A DNA stretch of 64,000 nucleotides from Eledone cirrhosa (lineage: Eukaryota): positions 11,656,001 through 11,720,000 of the forward strand of contig OZ024743.1 of the NCBI GenBank assembly GCA_964016885.1, read 5' to 3'. The translations under genes and the position numbers were made by a program. The notes under the pieces are model-generated. The model saw only the letters and a list, made by a program, of their open reading frames with translations, searched no databases and was not told the origin of the DNA. This document shows, piece by piece, positions 54,419 to 64,000 of this stretch. How positions within the stretch are numbered: the first letter of the stretch is position 1; every line of letters starts with the position of its first letter.

Positions 54419-55138
54419 TGTATGTATATATATATATATATGTATGTATGTATGTGTATATGTATGTATGTATATGTATATTATTGTTGTTGTTGTTATT
54501 ATTGTTGTATGTGTGTGCATGTGTATATGTGTGTGTGAGTATGTGTGTGTGTGTATATGTATGTATATTTATATATATATATATATATATATTTCTTTTT
54601 TTTTTCTTTTTATTTATTTATTATTATTATTTTTTTTTTTCTTTCTCCTCGTGCAATGGCCATACTCGATAACGAGGGGGCAGCCATCAAAATCACCGGG
54701 AGAGATGACCCCTTAGCCTTTGTCAAGGCAGAATTCTAGGAGAAGGAAAACTCTGATATAACACCTGCAACCCTGATGGTATCCAATGATGTTGACTTGT
54801 TCTTCTTTTTGGTAAATATTATCTTGGTTAAGAGAGTGGGACTGGCTTTGTGCAGTGCCTTTGCTCACTATAAAAGCTTCATGGCACAGGCATTGCTTTA
54901 TATCTGGAGATCTCTCTGCACTTGTCGTCACATGATACCATGGGCCCAGCACTATGTGTCAATAATTGTCACAAGTGTAGTGTTTGTACCAGAGTTTTCA
55001 AGTCGCTGGCTGGACTAAAAATCACACTTGTTCAGCGCATCGGTAGGAGTTCTCCTACATGGATATAAAGTAGTGGCTGTACTCGAAAACGAGTTGGCAA
55101 CCACCATATATGTATATATATATGTATGTATATATATG

Positions 55139-55177
<39 letters not shown>

Positions 55178-55179
55178 GT

Positions 55180-55261
<82 letters not shown>

Positions 55262-56055
55262 CTATGTATATATATGTATGTATGTATATATATATGTATG
55301 TATGTATATATATGTATGTATGTATATATATATATGTATGTATGTATATATATATGTATGTATATATCTATGTATGTATATATATATATCTATATATATA
55401 TATATATGTATGTATGTATATATGTATGTATGTATATATGTATATATGTATGTATGTATATATATATATGTATGTATGTATATATATATGTATGTATGTA
55501 TATATATATGTATATATATATGTATATATATATATGTTTATATATATGTATGTATGTATATATATATATGTATGAATGTATATATATATGTATGTATGTA
55601 TATATATATATGTATGTATGTATATATATATGTATGTATGTATATATATATGTATATATATGTTTATATATATGTATGTATGTATATATAAATGTGAATC
55701 CCAGTTGATCCATGAGCTTTTAAACAAGACCAGCTGTGCCTAGAGCTATGCAGATGACTACATACGCATAATGGATATCGCGCCCACACAGTCACCAGTA
55801 CTGTTCATCCTGTTGTATGTATGTAAATATCCGTGCGCGGGATATCCCTGAGTACATTTTCTTGACCATCAATTGTTAATCGATTGTTTGTTAATTAGGC
55901 AGGAATATACCATTGTGTCTGTGCTAATCCTATGTGTTGCTGTGTGTGTGTAAAGTATCCGAGCGCGGGATATCTCTGAGCTAATTTTGCCTGACTGTTA
56001 ATAGTGTTTTGATTACTTGTTAATTAGGCAGGAATATATATTATTATGTCTTTGT

Positions 56056-56287
56056 TAATCCTGTATCAATAATTTTATAATAATTTTTTGTGATAATCCT
56101 GTATCAATAATTTTATAATAATTTTTTGTGATAATCCTGTATCAATAATTTTATAATAATTTTTTGTGATAATCCTGTATCAATAATTTTATAATAATTT
56201 TTTGTGATAATCCTGTATCAATAATTTTATAATAATTTTTTGTGATAATCCTGTATCAATAATTTTATAATAATTTTTTGTGATAAT
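56056..56287. repeat. 38-bp minisatellite x6
   Basis: taatcctgtatcaataattttataataattttttgtga repeated. Confidence 0.95.
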
Positions 56288-57183
56288 ACATTGTTAGATT
56301 ACTGAAGCTACCTTATACCTTCTTAAAAATACATTTTATAATTATTGTCTTTTTGCTTATGTATTTTCTTATTCACCACTTTCTTTAATCTTGCCCAACT
56401 TGATAAACTCCTTGAATTGCTCCCTAATTAAATTACTTAAATTACTTAAATTATTGTATCTATTATGCCTAAGTTGTATCTGTTGAAGCAGCCCTTTGAA
56501 AATTCCTCGGATATCCCAAATACCGTAATTTTTAACTTTTAATGTATAATTTTCCTCAATTCGTTTTTATATATATTAAAGGCTCTCTAAAATTTTAATT
56601 CTTCGAAGGGTCTCTCAGAAGAAGTTCCTATTAAAAATATTAAAGGGGCCTTTTCTGAGAGAATTATAGAAGGCTCTTTGAATTAACCTTTAATTGATTA
56701 GTTTCTTTCAACTTAGTAGGGAATATCAAAACTTTGTAAGTTTTCTGAAATTTGTAAACGTGATCTCCGGGGAAGAAGGTTTTTTTCTTTCGGAAAACAT
56801 TTTTTTCTCTAGAAGGAATTTCATAGGAAACTTTATATATTTTTTAGGGAAACTTTATATTTTTATTTTTTATTTTATTAGCCTCTTAATTTCTTCCAGT
56901 CTAGTAGGTTTATTGGAGCCTGTAAGCTTTATGCACTTATTGAGGGATTTTCTAAGGTGCTTCTACGGGACCCCAAGTCTTTTAGTTTACTGTTAATGCG
57001 TAAATTATATATTATCTAATTTTTAAACTTCAATCCCTGACCCCGACAACTAATATAAAAGAGCCCCCTTAGAATATAGACCCCAACTATACAAGCGGAG
57101 TTGCTGATGTATACCACAATTTCTAACTGCTAGCCTTGAGTGATACGTTGATGTAAATAATGATCTTACAATCACATGTTATA

Positions 57184-57230
57184 TGCCTTGAAAAGTCCCA
57201 CCATGTGGTCGGACGAAACGGCTGTCGGCA
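57184..57230 (+). ncRNA. Degenerate hammerhead at end of a decayed PLE-like segment
   Basis: tgcc-TTGAAAA-gtcc..ggac-GAAA-cggctg-TC-ggca (two core substitutions); upstream LIFKLQSLTP resembles a GIY-YIG C-terminus. Confidence 0.55.
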
Positions 57231-57840
57231 ATAAACTTGTTATAATGTCATAATAGTTCCTTTGTTCTTTTTCACTAATATTTCTGCTCTGCGTATACGC
57301 ATAGAGCTTAACTAGCTACCGTCACATATTTGGTAGGTCAGACGTGATCATCGCGATTCACATACAACCTACCATACATCTTACTTATATATATGTATGT
57401 ATATATATATGTATGTATATATATATATGTATATATAGATATATATATGTATATAGATATATATATGTATATATATATATATATATATGTATGTATATAT
57501 ATATATATATATGTATGTATATATATATATATATGTATGTATATATATATATATATATATGTATGTATATATATATATGTATGTATATATATATATATAT
57601 GTATGTATGAATTCATATAACTGCTCTGTAAATCATCTGATGTTATTACATTGAGCTATTTAACTTACTGGTAATAAGGTAGTAATATATTACTGCCTAC
57701 CACTATTTAGGGTTTATAAAAATATATATAACTGCAAAAGGTTTTTGTATTTGCATAACCATAAATAGTATAATTAATACTGTATGTATATATATATGTA
57801 TGTATATATATATATATGTATGTATATATATATATATATG

Positions 57841-57872
<32 letters not shown>

Positions 57873-57941
57873 TATATGTATGTATGTATATATATATATG
57901 TATGTATATATATATATATGTATGTATATATATATGTATGT

Positions 57942-58040
<99 letters not shown>

Positions 58041-58085
58041 AGTATATATATGTATGTATATATAAATATATATATGTATGTATAT

Positions 58086-58126
<41 letters not shown>

Positions 58127-60521
58127 TGTATGTATATATATATGGTCGGGTCGTTGGCGACTAAACTGGCAACCCCACCAAGGTTTCTTGGTGAGGAGGG
58201 TGACTTTGGACATCCTGCAGGACTAAAAACAAAACCTGTCAAAGGGCAAAGGAGCTCTTAAGAGTCAATGGCCATCAAAATCACCGGGAGAGATGACCCC
58301 TTAGCCTTTGTCAAGGCAGAATTCTAGGAGAAGGAAAACTCTGATATAACACCTGCAACCCTGATGGTATCCAATGATGTTGACTTGTTCTTCTTTTTGG
58401 TAAATATCATCTTGGTTAAGAGAGTGGGACTGGCTTTGTGCAGTGCCTTTGCTCACTATAAAAGCTTCACGGCACAGGCATTGCTTTATATCTGGAGATC
58501 TCTCTGCACTTGTCGTCACATGGTACCATGGGCCCAGCACTATGTGTCAATAATTGTCACAAGTGTAGTGTTTGTACCAGAGTTTTCAAGTTGCTGGCTG
58601 GACTAAAATGTCACTCGTTCAGCGCATTGGTAGGAGTTCTCCTACATGGATGTAAAGTAGTGGCCGTACTCAAAAACGAGTTGGCAGCCACCATATATAT
58701 ATGTATATATATATATATATGTGTGTATGTGTGTATATCTATATATACATATTGAGAGTATTGGCCTTGCAATCGAAAGGTTGTGAGTTCAATTCTCAGA
58801 CCGGGTGATGTGTTGTTTCCTTGACCAAGACACTTTATTTCACATTGCTCCAGTTTACTCAGCTGTAGAAATGAGATGATAGGGACTGGGGGTCCCTATC
58901 ATTCCACTGCAAAGTAGTCGTGGAGGTTCCACGGCAAAAAAGCACCCAGCCCACACTGTAAAGTGGATGTGGCGGTGCAGCGGGAAAAAAGCACCCAGCA
59001 CTCACTGTAAATGAGGTTGGTGTTAGGAAGGGCATCCAGCTGTAGAAATCAAACCAGAATCAGTTCCCGTCCCACCCTTGCAAGCAGGGAAAAAGTGGAC
59101 GTAAAATGAAATGATGTGTGCTCCCAGCTGTGGTCACCCCCATAGTATCAAACTAACCATGGAGCTTGAAGTATTCCAATGAAGCTACACCAAGAAGGTT
59201 GCCACGATGAAGGAGATAAACTACTGGGAGAGTCTAAAAGAACTGAAACTCTACTCCTCGGAATGAAGACGGGAGAGATATGCAATGATATACATATGGA
59301 AAATCCTGGGGGACTAAGACCAAACTTTCGCATCGAGAGCTGGACCAATTCTCGAACAGGATGTCACTGTGTGGTACCAAAGGTCCCGTCTTCCACATCT
59401 AGAATCAGGAGCAGCTATTGCAATAGCCTGGGGTTCAAAGGCCCTCAACTTGGTTTTCAAAATTTAAATTTGTGTTTCCTATTCATCAATGCTTCAAGCA
59501 AGCTATAAAACTCTGTTATATTTCATCATCATCATTGTATGTCAGTTCTTCTACGCTAGCATGGGTTGTCCTGTTGTGAACAGTGTCCGGTCGGCTGACC
59601 TTGTCTTGCTCATACGGGAACTGATTCTGTTTTGAGTTCTACAGCTGGATGCCCTTCCTAACACCAACTTCATTGACAGTGAGTGCTGGGTGCTTTTTTT
59701 TTTTTTTTGCCGTGGCACCTCCACGACCACTTTGCAGTGGAATGATAGGGACCCCAGTCCTATCATCTCATTTCTACAGCTGAGTAAACTGGAGCAATGT
59801 GAAATAAAGTGTCTTGCTCAAGGAAACAACACATCATCCGGTCCGAGAATTAAACTCACAACCTTTCAATTGCAAGCCCAATGCTCTAACCACTGAGCCA
59901 TGTGCCTTCTATTGTTGGCAATGTTAGGTCAGGTGACCATGTCTTGCTCATAAAGAACTGATTTGGGCTTGGTTTCTACAGCTGGATGCCCTTCCTAATG
60001 CCAAGCTCATTTACAATGAGTACTGGGTGTTTTTTGTTGTGATTCCTCCACGACTACTTTACAGTGTAGACTGGGTGTTTTTTACCGTGTCACCATCACG
60101 ACCACTTTACAGTGTTTCGGCCTGTTCTCATGAAAGATATATTGGCGGGTGGGATGGAGTGGTGCATACCGTATGTATGTTTCAGCCTTGGCCTGGGCCC
60201 GTGGGAAGTTGGGGTTTCTGTATTACCTCATAACGCCAGAGATCTTGGTCCTGTGTCATTGACTTTCAGAGGTGCAATTGGGCAAGGTCGGCTTTTATCA
60301 CTTCATCTCAAGTCTTTCTGGGACTTTATGTAGCTGTCATTCTTCATACGAATCACATGTCCATACCAACATAATCTCTTTTGAATTTGCCACCGACGCA
60401 GTAGGCAGTGATTTTATCAATGGCTTGGAATTAGTCCTCGCTTTGCTTTTTCCATCCACTGAATTATTTTTGTATAAGTTCCCTGTGTCCACGTATTGCC
60501 TGGAAACTTAGCTGAGAATAG

Positions 60522-60603
60522 ACTTCCCTGGTGACGAAAGGCTTCTCCGTGCTCTCTTCGGATAGTACGTTTAATCCCTTTCAGAAACTAATTAGTTGGG
60601 AGT
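60522..60603 (+). ncRNA. Degenerate hammerhead (core CTGGTGA)
   Basis: acttcc-CTGGTGA-cgaaagg..cctttca-GAAA-ctaattag-TT-gggagt; followed by (TA)n. Confidence 0.6.
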
Positions 60604-60648
60604 GAAATTTAAGTAAGTAAGTTAATTTTATAATTTTCTTATTTTACG

Positions 60649-60685
<37 letters not shown>

Positions 60686-60686
60686 A

Positions 60687-60719
<33 letters not shown>

Positions 60720-61024
60720 CACCCAAACACACACGCACATATATATATATATACACAAACACACACACATATTTATATCTTTTAGCAGAGCATTTTAATA
60801 TTGCCACTCAATGAAAACCCTTTGTTTGGAATAAATGAATCTTGAAAATTAGGAGTGCCTGTCAGTGTGTATGTTTGTCTACTTAGCATCAATTTACTAC
60901 CCTCCCCTACCACCAGAAAATACCACCATATTACATTGACAGTCGGCTTTTCTGATGATTTCCTCTGAATGAAACAGTTCTAGTCCTGTTGAAGCCATTT
61001 CTATATTAAATATATATATATATA

Positions 61025-61665
61025 CTCTTTTAGCTGTTCCATCCATCCGGCTGAGACCATGATTGGGCAGTCCTTGTTGCTACACATTCTATCTCCAGCC
61101 TGTGTTGGCTGGCCATTGATGTAAGAGGGAGTTCGTTGCTGCTGCCCTTAGGTTACCTTCGTACCATGATGTGGGCTCATCCGGGATCCTGGATAACAGG
61201 GTGTCGAGAAGTTTCTTGAAAATATCCATGGCCACACCATGTAGATCTCTCAAATCCCTTGGCAGTTTGTTGAAGAGTTGAGGGCCTTTGAACCCCAGTC
61301 TATTGAAATATCTGCTTCTTGTTCTAGATGTGGAAGATGGGACCTTTGTCACCACACAGTGACGTCCTGTTCGGGGGTTGGTCCCGCTCTCAATACTAAA
61401 GTTTGGCGCTAGTCCCTCCAGGATTTTCCATATGTATATCACTGCGTATCTCTCCCGTCTTCGTTCCAAGGAGTAGTTTCAGTTCTTTTAGCCTCTCCCA
61501 GTAGCTCATCTCCTTCATCGTGCAATCCTCTTGGTGTAGCTTCATTGGATTGTCTCAAGTTCCATGGTTAGTTTGATACTATGGGGTGACCACAGCTGGG
61601 AGCAATAGTCCAGGCGGCTTAGGACAAATGGCCTTCATAGTATCAACATGGTCTCCCGGTCTCTT
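61025..61665 (-). mobile_element. CR1/L2-group LINE 3' end
   Basis: RLDYCSQLWSP, ERRRERYAVIYIWKILEG, GPQLFNKLPRDLRDLH. Confidence 0.85.
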
Positions 61666-62792
61666 ATATAGAAAACCTCATAAAAAGTCAAGATTTGTTT
61701 CGATTTAACAGAGCAGAAAGAATTCGCGTCAGAATATTCCAACCAATCCAGCCTATATCAGCTGAATAAATATGTATATGGAGATATATATATATACACA
61801 CCCACATGCACATATATATATATATATATACATGCACGCGCACACACGTATATATACACACACACATACACGCATGCATGCATACATGATGGCTTCCCCC
61901 TCATTATCGAGTATGACCATTGCACGATAAACCATTATTAATAATTATTAATTAATTCTATCGTGCAATGCCTGTGCGTGAAGATATTTTTTAAAGTGAA
62001 GAAAGACTGCACTGAGCCAATCCCACTCTCTGAGCGACAGTAGCTATAACTCGAAAAGAAGAAAATATCAACATCATCGGTAACTACTGCGCCGCAGGTT
62101 TTATATCGGAGTTATCCCAGTTTCCTGAGTTGCCTTCTCCTAGAAGAATGCCCTGACAAAGGCTAGGGGTCCTTCACTCCCAGTGGTTTAACCGCGCGAT
62201 CGGGTATCCAGCCCGATTATTTCTATGTCCCCGCGCATGTACATACACATGCACCCATGTATATATACATATACATACATACATATGTACATACATATTT
62301 ACACACTTTTGGATGGCCGTTGACTTATGAGATCTTCCGCCCTTTTGTCAAGTTTTGTATTTTGTCCAAATTCACCCTCCTCACCAAGTAAACTTGGTGG
62401 GGCTGCCGGTTTAGTCGCCGACGACCCAACCATGCAACAGATTGTACTGGGTTACATGTTACCAATAGCACTCAAGAGTGACCTGACATACATACATACA
62501 TACTACATGATGGCTGCAAACTCGTGTTCAAGTATTGCCATCGCCCAATAAAATGTTCAAAAATGTGAAGCACAAATGTGACTCTTTAAACCAGCCAAAT
62601 ACTTGCACCCTCTGGCACACACATGGCAACTTTAGGGTCCCCCAAAACCTTCCATTGCTTTGTTCTGGCTGTATGTTCACATGTATCTTTTAAGACCTCC
62701 CATGCTTGTACATTTCTTACACCTTTTCAGATCATAATCTACATGAGGTCTACTGATATGACTTTGTTCATGTCTAATCAAACCAGCTTTGC

Positions 62793-64000
62793 TCAGGCTG
62801 ACTCGACCACAGTGCTGGCAAACCAGATGATGTTCAACAGCAGGCAGTTCAGAACAGTCTCAATGTTAGGTGTTCTCAGTGTTAGGTGTTCTCTCCGACG
62901 AGTTTCAAAGTGTTCACCACCTGTCTTGATCAAACGTCTCCACTTCACACGCTCGTCAGCCATTTTCTCCCATTCGTCAGATGAAATTCCAGCACAAGCC
63001 AAGGTGCCCCTGATACAGTCCCGGTACCACCTTTTCGGTTTATGTGGTGGTCGCCTTCCTTCACACAGTTCTCCATAGAGAAGTTGCTTTGGAATACGAT
63101 CATCAGACATCCGGACCACGTGACTGCACCACCTCAACCGATACTGAAAGATTATGCTCTCTCTAGAGCCACATGGCTTAGTGGTTAGAGCATTGGCTTT
63201 GCAATCGAAAGGTTGTGAGTTCAATTCTCAGACCGGGTGATGTGTTGTTTCCTTGAGCAAGACACTATTTCACATTGATCCAGTTTACTCAGCTGTAGAA
63301 ATGAGATGATAGGGACTGGGGTCCCTATCATTCCACTGCAAAGTGGTCGTGGAGGTGCCACGGCAAAAAACCACCCAGCACTCACTGTAAATGAGGTTGG
63401 TGTTAGGAAGGGCATCCAGCTGTAGAAATCAAGCCAGAATCAGTTCCCGTCCCACCCTTGCAAGCAGGGAAAAGTGGACGTGAAATGAAATGATGATAGT
63501 CACGCACCTGCTCCGTTCTAGAACTTCCAAATCACTGGCGAACATTTTCCACCACACCCCAAGTAACTTATGAAGAGATTGTTGGTGAAATCTCTCCAGA
63601 TCCTTGAGGTGCTTTCTGTATGTGACCCACGTTTCACAAACATAAAGTAAAGAGGAGACGACACAAGTCAGATACACTTTCACCTTGGTTACGATAGTGA
63701 TACCTCGTCTGGACCATAAACATTGATGCAGCCGTCCCAAAGCATCACTGGCTTTCTTGATTCTTAAGGATATTTCATTATCATGTGTGCATGAAGTGTT
63801 CAATGTACTACCAAGGTAAACAAACTTGTCAGCAACTTTTAGCCTCTTTCCGTACACGTACACACTTGGTGCAGTGTACTCGTTTCCAGGTACTGGCTGA
63901 TACATCACAACAGTCTTTTCCAAGTTTACTGTGACGCCCAAAGTGCTGCAAGCTGCAGAAAAAGAGTTTATAATAGGCTGCATGTCACTTTGTGAGTTTG
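62793..64000 (-). pseudogene. Second RTE-clade LINE family, RT C-terminal half, interrupted by a family A SINE
   Basis: GVTVNLEKTVVM..FVYLGS (no PHD insert), LLYVCETW, RLRWCSHVVRM..PKQLLYGEL. Confidence 0.9.

Overview
AT-rich, repeat-saturated eukaryotic DNA. The SINE families, RTE/CR1/CRE LINEs and huge (TA)n/(TATG)n tracts suggest an octopus or other coleoid cephalopod (inference). No intact host protein-coding gene is evident, and almost all long ORFs in the track are microsatellite artefacts. Real coding remnants are all retroelement-derived: three copies of an RTE-clade LINE (two retain a PHD finger inside the RT; these two form a ~3 kb tail-to-tail inverted pair), other RTE, CR1/L2-like and CRE-like fragments, and several Penelope-like (PLE; RT/GIY-YIG) fragments. 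The main unannotated signal, read by hand, is about 16 minimal type I hammerhead ribozyme motifs (10 with intact CUGAnGA/GAAA/UH cores) from roughly 8 sequence families. Several sit as divergent pairs in short fold-back cassettes beside (TA)n. Also present: a 1.2 kb nested-palindrome element with a telomere-like core, a related 3.3 kb hexamer array drifting into an (x-N/D)n reading frame, a 5 kb macrosatellite built from the same modules, triplicated exon-like units, piggyBac- and Tc1/mariner-type MITEs, and a locally templated inverted insertion inside a SINE.
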